From: Olavius algarvensis associated proteobacterium Delta 3
GTDB lineage: Bacteria > Desulfobacterota > Desulfobacteria > Desulfobacterales > CAFBRK01
Assembly (NCBI GenBank): GCA_903231505.1
Contig: CAFBRK010000074.1
Coordinates: 6,640-30,639, forward strand
Direction: 5' to 3'
Length of the DNA stretch: 24,000 bases
The notes beneath the pieces are model-generated. The model was not told where the DNA came from, did no database searches, and worked only from the letters and a program-made list of their open reading frames with translations. The position numbers were made by a program, and so were the translations under genes. Below are positions 13,338-22,031 of this stretch, one piece after another. Every line of letters begins with the position of its first letter. The first letter of the stretch is position 1.

Positions 13338-14312
13338 GTGAGGAACCGACCGTTCACATGGTATTGCGGATCGATCTGCCTGTTGGCGGCCACTCTGATA
13401 CTTTTTGTTGCGGGCTGCAGCGGTGACGCGGACTACAAGCCCGTCGATCTCACCCAGACCATCAAGGTCAAGGCGATGGAGGATTACATTGCCGAGAAAG
13501 ATACACTGCGCGTTGCGGTGGCGGCAATGATTTCCCCCAAGGAAACCCTGGTCTATTATCAGCAGCTGCTCGATTATATCGGCGATCAGTTGGGATACAC
13601 GGTTCGGCTCGTCCAGCGAAAGACCTACGGTGAAGTTAATGAACTGTTTCCGAAACGCCAGGTCGATCTGGCGTTTATCTGCACCGGACCCTACGCCCTG
13701 GGAAAGGATATGTTCGGTTTTGAAGCCCTGGCGACCCCGATCGTCCGCGGTGAGCCTTTCTATCGATCCTATCTCATCGTAAACAAAAACAGCCCCTACA
13801 AAAGCCTGGCGGATTTGCGCGGCAGGATGTTTGCCTTTACCGATCCCGAGTCGAACACCGGAACCCTGGTGCCGAACTTCTGGCTCGGCGAAATGAACGA
13901 GCATCCGTCCGATTTTTTCGGTAGTGTGGCATATACCTACAGCCACGACAATTCCATAATGGCCGTTGCAAAAGGCCTTGTCGATGGTGCTGCGGTCGAT
14001 GGACACAAATGGGAATATTACCGAATCCGAAACCCCTACTATACGGACATGACGCGTGTCATCCGGCGCTCCGAGCCTTTCGGAAGCCCGCCACTGGTGG
14101 CATCCGTGTATTTGCCCGAAGATGTGAAGGCCCGGATCCGGGATCTGCTGTACTCTATGCATGACGACAAAAAAGGAAAAGCGATTCTTGGTGAATTGAT
14201 GATTGAACGGTTTGTTGCGCCCAAGGAAGAGTGGTATGAGACGACGCGCAGAATCTATCGGCAATTGCGGAACCGCATGATGGAGGCATCCGATGAGGCC
14301 CAAGACTCTTAA
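13338..14312 (+). CDS. PhnD-like (phosphonate/oxyanion ABC-type) periplasmic substrate-binding lipoprotein, probably a sensor accessory
   Basis: Lipobox LILFVAGCSGD. PhnD-type fold motifs: LRVAVAAMISPKETLVYYQQLLDYIGDQLGYTVRLVQRKTYGEVNELF, VDLAFICTGPY, FAFTDPESNTGTLVP. No ABC permease or ATPase genes are adjacent. GTG 13338 has GAGGAG 9 nt upstream; the track uses TTG 13308. Confidence 0.8.
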   Translation: MRNRPFTWYCGSICLLAATLILFVAGCSGDADYKPVDLTQTIKVKAMEDYIAEKDTLRVAVAAMISPKETLVYYQQLLDYIGDQLGYTVRLVQRKTYGEVNELFPKRQVDLAFICTGPYALGKDMFGFEALATPIVRGEPFYRSYLIVNKNSPYKSLADLRGRMFAFTDPESNTGTLVPNFWLGEMNEHPSDFFGSVAYTYSHDNSIMAVAKGLVDGAAVDGHKWEYYRIRNPYYTDMTRVIRRSEPFGSPPLVASVYLPEDVKARIRDLLYSMHDDKKGKAILGELMIERFVAPKEEWYETTRRIYRQLRNRMMEASDEAQDS

Positions 14313-14556
14313 ACGGTCCATCATGCTGGCCGTCGCGCTGCTGATCGTCGCCAGCGCGACGGGGATCTCCCAGATTGTGGCCCACCGATACGGTCAGAGC
14401 CTCGTCAGGGCAGCCACCACCCGGGCAGAAAATATATCGCACACAATCTTGCGCTTATCGCCGCGGACAAGGTGCTTATCAACGATCTGGTGGCCCTCCA
14501 GAAACTTCTGGACGACCAGATGGCTGCCGAATCAGGGCTCGTTTACCTGTTCGTGA
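14293..14556 (+). pseudogene. Detached N-terminal (first TM helix) fragment of the downstream sigma-54 activator, separated from it by a 1-nt frameshift
   Basis: ATG 14293 overlaps the upstream gene by 20 nt. It encodes MRPKTLKRSIMLAVALLIVASATGISQIVAHRYGQSLVRAATTRAE, a signal-anchor. Beyond about 14430 this frame becomes nonsense, while frame 3 reads KYIAHNLALIAADKVLINDLVALQKLL and continues into the main ORF. Confidence 0.6.
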
Positions 14557-16514
14557 GCAAAGGTGGAAGTGTCATCACCCACACCTTCGGTGACGGAATG
14601 CCGGTGCGGCTGATTGATGCCAATCTCCCGCTTCACCCAAACAGCGGGCACCTGGAAAAACTGATCACCCAGGACGGGGAACATATTCTGGACGTTGCCT
14701 GGCCGATTTTCGACGGCAAAGCCGGGATTCTTCGATTGGGCCTTTCTGAAGAGCCGCTTCGAAGGCAGGTGGCAGACCTCTGGCTGAGGATGAGCCTGAC
14801 GACCGGTGTCATCGTATTGATATCTCTTTTTGTCAGCCATTTGCTGATCAATCGGCTGACCTGGCCCTTGGTCAGGCTGACAAGAGCGGCTGAAGAAATT
14901 GACGCGGGCACGCTGGACAGCCAGGTTGACATCGAAGGCCGTGAGGAAATCACCAAGCTGGCTCGCGCCTTCAATGGCATGCTTTTGCGGATCCAAACGT
15001 ATACGAAACAGCTGAAGGAGTATAATGTCAGGTTGGAGCGGAAAAATCTGGAACTGGACCGGGCCCACCGGCAATTGCAGACCTCATTTTCCATTTCACA
15101 AAAACTAGCCTCGCTTCCAGGGCTGAATCCGATATGCCAGTTTCTGCTTCGGACCTTAACGGGTATCGTGGAGTGCCGTGAGATGAGCTTGCTGGTTTTC
15201 AACAGTGCCGAACGTCGCATCACCCTTGCGACACCCAGGGCCCTCCAGAGTGTTGACTCCGAAACCTACGACGATGTCTACGACGCATTGGCCAGACACA
15301 CCGAAATGTCGATTATCGGACAGGCCGACATTTCGAAGCTGCATTTGCCGGAACCCCTTGACCGATCGAACCAGATTGCGCTGTTTCCGATCCGATATCA
15401 CGATATGTCGCTCGGGGCCTTGATTGTGACCTGCCCCGGAGATTGCCGATGCGTCCGGCATGAGCTCGATATCGTTACAATGATCCTCAATCAAGCCGCC
15501 GGTGCGATCCATCGCGCCAAGATCCATGAAGAAGAGATTCGTGATCTTCGACTACGTGTGGAGGCAGATACCGGCTTTAGCGGACTGGTCGGCAAGGACC
15601 CGAGCATGCAGGTGGTATTCAAACTGATCGAAGACGTGGCGCCAACCGATACTACGGTTTTAATTCAGGGGGAAAGCGGCACCGGAAAGGAACTAGTCGC
15701 CCAGGCCATCCACGATAAGAGCCATCGGCATGGCAGCCCCTTTGTGATCATCAATTGTTCAGCCTACCCTTCCACCCTTCTGGAAAGCGAGCTGTTCGGT
15801 CATGAGAAAGGAGCCTTTACCGGAGCCCTGCGCCGCAAGAGGGGAAAGTTTGAGCGGGCTGACGGAGGCACGGTTTTTATGGATGAAATCGGGGAGATCG
15901 ATCCGGCCGCCCAGACGAAATTGCTTCGTGTTCTGCAGCAGCAGACCATCAACCGGTTGGGCGGCGGCCGATCGATGAAGGTCAACGTGCGGATTCTGGC
16001 CGCCACCAACAAGAACCTCCTCGAGGAAGTACACAGGGGAACCTTTAGAGAGGATCTTTTCTACAGGCTGAATGTGATACCGATACAGCTACCGCCATTG
16101 AGAGATCGCCGGAGGGACATCCACTTGCTGGCCAGGCATTTTCTGGCCAAATTTGCCCATGAGCAGGATAAACCCATTACGGGGTTCCGAAGCGACGCGA
16201 TGAAGCGCCTGCTCGACTATTCGTGGCCGGGCAATGTGCGGGAGCTGGAGAACACCATCGAACATGCGGTCGTTCTGGCCAAAGGTGCCCTGATTGAACC
16301 GAAGGATCTCCCGGCCCCGGTCGCCGCGGCAACCACCTCTCCTGATCCCAAGGCCGTCCGCAGCATCGTGCATTCCGAGGAAAACCTGATTCAAAAAGTG
16401 CTCAGGGAGTGCCAATGGAACAAGACCGAAGCCGCCCGGCGTCTTGGTATCAGTCGAAGCACCCTTTATGAGAAGTTAAAAAAATATCAGATCATGGATC
16501 CCACGGTCCACTGA
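14472..16514 (+). CDS. Sigma-54-dependent transcriptional activator (bacterial enhancer-binding protein) with extracytoplasmic domain-TM-HAMP-GAF-AAA+-Fis HTH architecture
   Basis: TM helix LTTGVIVLISLFVSHLLI, then HAMP (NRLTWPLVRLTRAAEEIDAGTLD...ITKLARAFNGML). Next a GAF-like region, Walker A GESGTGKE, the sigma-54 contact loop GAFTGA, Walker B VFMDEIGE, and the C-terminal HTH NKTEAARRLGISRSTLYEKLKKY. The open frame extends upstream to 14313, so the true N-terminus is probably the 14293 fragment. Confidence 0.9.
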   Translation: MLINDLVALQKLLDDQMAAESGLVYLFVSKGGSVITHTFGDGMPVRLIDANLPLHPNSGHLEKLITQDGEHILDVAWPIFDGKAGILRLGLSEEPLRRQVADLWLRMSLTTGVIVLISLFVSHLLINRLTWPLVRLTRAAEEIDAGTLDSQVDIEGREEITKLARAFNGMLLRIQTYTKQLKEYNVRLERKNLELDRAHRQLQTSFSISQKLASLPGLNPICQFLLRTLTGIVECREMSLLVFNSAERRITLATPRALQSVDSETYDDVYDALARHTEMSIIGQADISKLHLPEPLDRSNQIALFPIRYHDMSLGALIVTCPGDCRCVRHELDIVTMILNQAAGAIHRAKIHEEEIRDLRLRVEADTGFSGLVGKDPSMQVVFKLIEDVAPTDTTVLIQGESGTGKELVAQAIHDKSHRHGSPFVIINCSAYPSTLLESELFGHEKGAFTGALRRKRGKFERADGGTVFMDEIGEIDPAAQTKLLRVLQQQTINRLGGGRSMKVNVRILAATNKNLLEEVHRGTFREDLFYRLNVIPIQLPPLRDRRRDIHLLARHFLAKFAHEQDKPITGFRSDAMKRLLDYSWPGNVRELENTIEHAVVLAKGALIEPKDLPAPVAAATTSPDPKAVRSIVHSEENLIQKVLRECQWNKTEAARRLGISRSTLYEKLKKYQIMDPTVH

Positions 16515-16690
16515 TCCCCTGGAGGTCAATTCCTTGTCAATGGCAGCCTTCGCCTGGGATAACCCCTTGCCCGGCTGTTATAGCAGTCGTCATAAATGTT
16601 CCGATTGAAGAAGGTACGGGTCCGGGGTCTGGATCTTCCCGCTGTTTGCAGCAATCGTCCCTTGCTGTCCGGTCGTTGTTTGAAAGGTTC

Positions 16691-16707
16691 GTCCGGATAT
16701 CGGACAT
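16691..16707. promoter_or_regulatory. Candidate enhancer (UAS) site 1: GTCCG-N5-CGGAC palindrome
   Basis: gtccggatatcggacat. It shares the arms GTCCG/CGGACAT with site 2, about 63 bp away, and lies about 240 bp upstream of the -24/-12 promoter. Confidence 0.5.
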
Positions 16708-16753
16708 CATAACAATTTAAAATTATATCATTTTAACTATCTTCAGGATTTCA

Positions 16754-16772
16754 ATGTCCGAAAATCGGACAT
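16754..16772. promoter_or_regulatory. Candidate enhancer (UAS) site 2: perfect palindrome ATGTCCGA-AAA-TCGGACAT
   Basis: Perfect 8-3-8 inverted repeat, about 175 bp upstream of the sigma-54 promoter. Related half-sites are tgtccgg at about 16666 and cgggacat at about 16923. Confidence 0.55.
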
Positions 16773-16938
16773 CTGAAACGCGTTTGAGATTCACATCTCC
16801 TCCTCCGGCAGTGATGCCCTGCGCAACAACCTAATCGGCGATCACGATCCCATATATTCATAACATATCAAAATTTCTACAAAATATTCTATTTTGAAAC
16901 CCCGTTAAACCGAACAGATACATCGGGACATGCTGTTG

Positions 16939-16953
16939 TGGCATCAAATTTGC
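16939..16953 (+). promoter_or_regulatory. Sigma-54 (-24/-12) promoter of the molybdoenzyme operon
   Basis: TGGCAT-caaat-TTGC matches the consensus TGGCAC-N5-TTGC at 9/10 specified positions with correct spacing. An AT-rich tract lies upstream (about 16850-16915). It is about 50 nt upstream of the first operon gene, whose GGAGG RBS is at 16988-16992. Confidence 0.7.
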
Positions 16954-17002
16954 GGATGCATGTGCACGATGTGACTCGGTGGTGGTCGGAGGACTCTAAA
17001 AA

Positions 17003-17416
17003 TTGTCCAACCAGTCGATATCTTACGGAAAAATTTTAATTCTCAGCACAGATGAAGAGGAGGTCAAGACCCTCATCCATGAGATTGAACACATGAACTA
17101 CCTGGTCCAGGCATTCGGAGCCATAGCCGATTTCAAGGATCAACTCCGTGCGGAACCCTGTCTCGCCGGGATTCTCGACATCGACAGCGTACCCCTGGAC
17201 AACCGCACCATTCGGGAACTGACGGTCCTGTTCCCTTCCGTCGGTTTTTTATGCACATCAAGAGAACGTTTTCATCCCCAACTCAAGGAAGCCATCAGTT
17301 TTCACATTTTCGCATGTTTATACAAACCGGTAGATCCGGACGAACTGCTTTACTGGTTGAGATGCATCCGGGAAAGCGAGGCGGAATCGAGTGATCCACC
17401 GGCGGCTCCGCGCTAA
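17003..17416 (+). CDS. Stand-alone response-regulator receiver (REC)-like protein with a degenerate acidic pocket
   Basis: REC pattern: KILILSTDEEE (beta1, S-T-D in place of D-D), AGILDIDSVPLD (candidate phospho-Asp), GFLCTS (T/S), FACLYKPVDPDELL (K-P). No output domain. TTG start with GGAGG 10 nt upstream. Confidence 0.6.
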   Translation: MSNQSISYGKILILSTDEEEVKTLIHEIEHMNYLVQAFGAIADFKDQLRAEPCLAGILDIDSVPLDNRTIRELTVLFPSVGFLCTSRERFHPQLKEAISFHIFACLYKPVDPDELLYWLRCIRESEAESSDPPAAPR

Positions 17417-17493
17417 AGCCGAATTCCTGGCCTCACGGATTTGGCGCCGGCGCATCGGTTCGACGCAACAACAAGCAATCACGGGGAGGTAAA

Positions 17494-20073
17494 ATGGAAA
17501 ACTCGAAGATCAAACGCAACGACCTGATGCAGGAATTTCTCGACAATATTTCCCTGTCGCGAAGATCCTTCATCAAGGCATCAGCGACCACCGGGGCCGC
17601 ATTTGCTTTGGGAACAGGACTCAAGCCTGAACTCAAGGCATTTGCAGCCGCAGGAGACGTTTCCAACGGAAAGGGGCAGTGGCTGCCGGCGACCTGCCAG
17701 GGGTGCACGTCATGGTGTTCCAAGCAAGTTTATGTGGTCGACGGCAGAGCCGTCAAGATCCGTGGAAATCCCAATTCAAATGTCAACGTGGGAGCAGGCT
17801 GTGTGAGGTCTCACCTGTCCCTGCAACAGGTCTATGACCCGGATCGGATCAAGACACCGATGAAGCGGACCAACCCGAAAAAGGGCCGTAATGAAGATCC
17901 CAGGTTTGTTCCGATCACCTGGGACGAGGCGCTGGGCACCATCGCCGACAACATTATGGAGCTTCGGAAAAATAATGAAACCCATAAGTACATGCTCATG
18001 CGAGGGCGGTATTCCTATATGCGGGATGTACTTTATGACCGAATGACCAAAATCATCGGTTCTCCCAACAACATTTCCCACAGTTCCCTGTGTGCCGAAG
18101 CGGAAAAGTTCGGCCCTTACTACACCGAGGGGATCTGGAGCTACCGGCAGTACGACGTTTTGAATTCCCATTACATCTTGCTATGGGGAGCCGATCCCCT
18201 GGCGGCCAACCGGCAGGTTTCCTATTATTCGAAAGTCTGGGGGGACGTTGTAGACAAGGCCACCATCGCCATCGTCGAACCTCGATTGTCGGCATCGGCA
18301 GGCAAGGCCGATGAGTGGCTTCCCATCAAACCGGGCGAGGACGGTGCCCTGGCCGTTGCCCTATCTCACGTGTTGCTCGCCGAAGGGCTCTGGTACAAGC
18401 CGTTTGTCGGGGATTTCAAGGAAGGCAAAAACCTGTTCATCAGCGGGCAGACGGTGGATGAGGACACATTTGAAGAGCTTCACACCAACGGTATCGTCCA
18501 ATACTGGAACCTTGAATTAAAGGATAAGACACCGGAATGGGCGGCGGCCATAACAGGGATTCCCGCCGAGCAGATTCTCCGTGTGGCCAGAGGATTCGGC
18601 GTGGCGGCACCCCACGCCATATCATGGCTGGGCGGCGGTCCCTGTATGCAGGTCCGCGGCGGATATACGGCCATGGCGGTCCACGCGCTCAACGGCATTG
18701 TGGGTGGGGTAGACAATTTCGGCGGCACCATGAAAGCGAACAAGGAGTATACGTCGAAGTTCCCGAAGCCGAACAAGTTCATGGACGATATCGCCAAAAA
18801 GGGCAAGAAACACGAAAAGATCGATCAGCGCGGCCGGCTTCATATCCCCTGCATAAAATCCGGAAAACCCGGCGCGGGGGTCATCACCAATAACGCCGCC
18901 GACGGCATCCTGAACGAAGATCCCTACGAAATTAAAGTGGCTATCGGCTACATGAACAATTTTTCGTTTTCCGCCCCCCAGCCGGAACGCTGGGAACGGG
19001 CCCTCTCCAAAATCCCGTTTTTGGTCCATATCACCACCAACGCGTCTGAATTTTCCTGGTTTTCCGACATCGTTTTGCCGGATACCCACCACATGTTCGA
19101 AAAATGGGGATATGTCAAAGCCATCGGCAACGGCTATCGCCATGTCACGCTGATGCAGCCCATCGTTAAAAACCTATGGGATTACAAAATCGACGAAACC
19201 GAAATCCCCTGGTTGATCGCCGAGAAATTGTCCGAGCGCGGGTTCGACAACCTGTTGCGACACTACAAGACGTACAAGGATCCGGAAACCGGGAAAGAGC
19301 CGGAAAACGAGAAAGACTTCGCCTTGTATGCCTTGAAATACGCCACCCAGAATCTCTGGGATCCTTCCAAGTACAAGGGCGGCGACAAGTTCAACGGATG
19401 GGAGGAATTTCGGAAGGTCGGCGTGTGGAACTCGAATCCGTATCCGCATCGCAAGCGCTGGGGAAACATGAAGACCAAAACCAAAAAGTTCGAATTCTAC
19501 AGCGAAACGCTCAAGGCGGCTCTTGAAAAACACGCTGAAAAGCATGGCGTTTCGGTCGACGACGTGATGGAGGCAACAAATTATTTGGCGCGCGGTGAAC
19601 AGGCCTTTATCCCCCATTATGAAGAGCCCTACATTCTCGGAGATGAAAAAACCTATCCGTTTATCCATGTGGATCATAAATCCCGTCTCAATCGTGAAGG
19701 CAGATCGGCCAATTGCTCCTGGTATTTTGAATTCAAGGATCTGGATCCCGGTGATGACGTCTGGGATGACGTGGCCAAGATCAATCCGATGGATGCCCAA
19801 AAACTCGGTATCAAGACAGGGGATCAAATACGGCTCGCATCGCCCACCGGGAGTCTGGTCTGCACGGCCAAACTCTGGGAAGGGGTTCGCCCCGGCACAG
19901 TGGCCAAGTGTTACGGCCAGGGGCACTGGGCCTACGGCCAGCTGGCCTCAAAAGAATTTGGAAAGGTGCCGCGCGGGGGCAGCAGCAATGACCTGATTCC
20001 CGCGCAGTATGAGGCATTGAGCGGCAGTTCCGCATATTATGCCGTAACCCGGATAAAAATCGAGAAGGTATAA
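17494..20073 (+). CDS. Tat-exported molybdopterin (bis-MGD) oxidoreductase catalytic subunit, PsrA/PhsA/TtrA/ArrA-type; substrate not assignable from sequence
   Basis: Twin-arginine signal LSRRSFIKASATTGAAFALG. N-terminal FS0 cluster motif CQGCTSWCSKQ...GAGCVR. Probable Mo-ligand Cys in ISHSSLCAEAEK. Size (859 aa) and the following FeS and NrfD subunits fit the family. Confidence 0.88.
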   Translation: MENSKIKRNDLMQEFLDNISLSRRSFIKASATTGAAFALGTGLKPELKAFAAAGDVSNGKGQWLPATCQGCTSWCSKQVYVVDGRAVKIRGNPNSNVNVGAGCVRSHLSLQQVYDPDRIKTPMKRTNPKKGRNEDPRFVPITWDEALGTIADNIMELRKNNETHKYMLMRGRYSYMRDVLYDRMTKIIGSPNNISHSSLCAEAEKFGPYYTEGIWSYRQYDVLNSHYILLWGADPLAANRQVSYYSKVWGDVVDKATIAIVEPRLSASAGKADEWLPIKPGEDGALAVALSHVLLAEGLWYKPFVGDFKEGKNLFISGQTVDEDTFEELHTNGIVQYWNLELKDKTPEWAAAITGIPAEQILRVARGFGVAAPHAISWLGGGPCMQVRGGYTAMAVHALNGIVGGVDNFGGTMKANKEYTSKFPKPNKFMDDIAKKGKKHEKIDQRGRLHIPCIKSGKPGAGVITNNAADGILNEDPYEIKVAIGYMNNFSFSAPQPERWERALSKIPFLVHITTNASEFSWFSDIVLPDTHHMFEKWGYVKAIGNGYRHVTLMQPIVKNLWDYKIDETEIPWLIAEKLSERGFDNLLRHYKTYKDPETGKEPENEKDFALYALKYATQNLWDPSKYKGGDKFNGWEEFRKVGVWNSNPYPHRKRWGNMKTKTKKFEFYSETLKAALEKHAEKHGVSVDDVMEATNYLARGEQAFIPHYEEPYILGDEKTYPFIHVDHKSRLNREGRSANCSWYFEFKDLDPGDDVWDDVAKINPMDAQKLGIKTGDQIRLASPTGSLVCTAKLWEGVRPGTVAKCYGQGHWAYGQLASKEFGKVPRGGSSNDLIPAQYEALSGSSAYYAVTRIKIEKV

Positions 20074-20085
20074 GGAGGCAAACAA

Positions 20086-20811
20086 ATGCCAAGATATGCG
20101 ATGGTCATCGACCTCCAACGGTGTGTCGGCTGCGGGTCTTGCAGCATTTCGTGTCGAAATGAAAACAACGTGTCCGAAGGAATCTATTGGTCACACAAAA
20201 TCACAGAGACGTCGGGTACATTTCCCAACGTCCGTTATCACTACATACCGACGCTCTGCAATCACTGCACGAATGCGCCCTGTGCCCAGGGGTGTCCCAC
20301 CAACGCCATGCACAAGCTCGACAACGGCATCACCATGCACGATCCGAAAAAGTGCATCGGCTGCAGGTACTGTATGATCAATTGCCCTTACGGCGTGATC
20401 TATTTCAACTGGAAAGACGCCCATCCCTCGTGGAGGGGAAACAAAGCGGTGATACAGGGGGCGACCAGCTCCCCCGCCGAGGAAGTGCGCAAGGTGGGTG
20501 GCAACGGAACGCCGTACTACAATCCCGAACGGGACGAAACGCTTCCCGGCATACGACCGAAAGGGGTCGTTGAAAAATGTACTTTTTGCGATCACCGTCT
20601 CAAAAGAGACAAACTGCCAAGTTGTGTCGAATCCTGCCCGGCCGATGCCAGAATCTTTGGAGACCTTGACGATCCTCAAAGTCAGGTGAACCAATTGCTT
20701 GGAAAATTCAGACCTTTTCGACTGAAGGAAGCGCTGGGGACCGAACCTGCGGTGTTTTACATCAGAGATTTCAGCGCAGCCGGTTACCCAAGGACAAAAG
20801 GAGGGATTTAA
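20086..20811 (+). CDS. Four-cluster [4Fe-4S] ferredoxin electron-transfer subunit (PsrB/DmsB-like)
   Basis: MPRYAMVIDLQRCVGCGSCSISCRNENN, CNHCTNAPCAQGCP, CIGCRYCMINCPYG, CTFCDHRL...CVESCP. Confidence 0.9.
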   Translation: MPRYAMVIDLQRCVGCGSCSISCRNENNVSEGIYWSHKITETSGTFPNVRYHYIPTLCNHCTNAPCAQGCPTNAMHKLDNGITMHDPKKCIGCRYCMINCPYGVIYFNWKDAHPSWRGNKAVIQGATSSPAEEVRKVGGNGTPYYNPERDETLPGIRPKGVVEKCTFCDHRLKRDKLPSCVESCPADARIFGDLDDPQSQVNQLLGKFRPFRLKEALGTEPAVFYIRDFSAAGYPRTKGGI

Positions 20812-21915
20812 ATGAAACGTCAACTGTGGATCGGTATTCTTGTCGCAGGCATCCTGCTGGGGCTTTGGACGACTTTCAAAGTATACACGGCCGGCTTTAC
20901 GGTGTATGCAAAAACAGACGTGCTGGTATGGACGCTGCCATTGTCGACCTATATCTTTTTGAGTCTGACAAGCGCCGGACTGGCTTTTGTTTCTTCAATC
21001 CCGGTTGTTTTCGGTATCAAGCGGTACGAAGCAATTGAAAAACGTACGGTTTACCTTGAAATTGCAGTCCTGCTCGGTTCCTTTGTGTGCCTTATTCTGC
21101 ACCTTGGCGCACCATTGAAGGTCGTTTATATTCTTCTGTCACCCAATCCGTCATCCCCACTGTGGTGGCTGGCCGTGCTCTACATGGTCTACTTCGTTCT
21201 TCTGGTGGCCGCATTCTGGAGAATACATACTGGGAAGATGAGCAGAGCACTCGGTACCCTCGTGTTTCTGATAGCCATTTTTACATCCACGACCCTGGGT
21301 TGGTTGTTGGGAATGACCGATGCGAGACCATCTTTAAATGCATCGTTTTTCTCGTTTTATTTTCCGCTTACCGGCTTTGCTTCGGGGTTGGCTGCTTTGA
21401 TTCTGTTCTGTATTTTGGATGAAGAGTTGTCGGGGCAGGAGAGATCGGAAGGACACACGGTGTTATACAACGAGGCTGCCAGATTGATGGGTATCACAGC
21501 AGGCATGGTCCTGGTGTTATTCTTGTGGCGCACGATTAGCGGCGGGATTTCATCTACCGCGATAGAATATGGGGCCTTCAGACATATGATCGGATCCATA
21601 CCATATAACATCGAGTTCTGGCTGGGTCTGGTGGTCCCGACGGTGTTGATGCTGATTCCTTCAATTCGAGCCACTGCTTGGGGCAAATTGACCGCCAGCG
21701 CCTTATTGCTCGTCGGCATGTTTGCCGGGCGGTTGGAATTTGTGCTGAGCGGCGTGGTCCGGCCCCTGGGACAGATGGCCGAAGGCCGCCCTGAAATCGT
21801 AAGTTATATACCGACCGTATACGAGGTCCTGGTGGCGTTGTTCGGGCTGTCGGTCATGTTGTTGATCTATACGCTGGGTGAGCGATACCTGAAACTCGAA
21901 GCCGTTCCGGAATGA
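20812..21915 (+). CDS. NrfD/PsrC-family integral membrane quinol-interacting anchor subunit
   Basis: 367 aa, strongly hydrophobic with 8 or more predicted TM helices. ATG follows the subunit-B stop directly (TAAATG). The position is typical of PsrC/NrfD. Confidence 0.8.
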   Translation: MKRQLWIGILVAGILLGLWTTFKVYTAGFTVYAKTDVLVWTLPLSTYIFLSLTSAGLAFVSSIPVVFGIKRYEAIEKRTVYLEIAVLLGSFVCLILHLGAPLKVVYILLSPNPSSPLWWLAVLYMVYFVLLVAAFWRIHTGKMSRALGTLVFLIAIFTSTTLGWLLGMTDARPSLNASFFSFYFPLTGFASGLAALILFCILDEELSGQERSEGHTVLYNEAARLMGITAGMVLVLFLWRTISGGISSTAIEYGAFRHMIGSIPYNIEFWLGLVVPTVLMLIPSIRATAWGKLTASALLLVGMFAGRLEFVLSGVVRPLGQMAEGRPEIVSYIPTVYEVLVALFGLSVMLLIYTLGERYLKLEAVPE

Positions 21916-22031
21916 TGCTTCGGTTCGATATTTCCATAGTTATGTAGTCCCGTCCTTCCGTTCTCTTCTCCGAACAGTCGAGGGCGGCGAGCCTGACAAA
22001 CTTGATTTGTAAAGTTTGACGGAGATTCACA

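Noticed and set aside
13230-14324. 364-aa minus-strand ORF, the longest antisense ORF in the window
   Set aside because: It exactly shadows the plus-strand PhnD-like gene, which has clear family motifs and a lipobox. The antisense translation is low-complexity with no recognisable domain, a typical high-GC shadow ORF.
17494-20073. Selenocysteine recoding (in-frame TGA) in the molybdoenzyme catalytic subunit
   Set aside because: The 859-codon frame is uninterrupted, and the predicted Mo-ligand position is an ordinary Cys codon context (SSLCAEA). No SECIS-like hairpin needs to be invoked.
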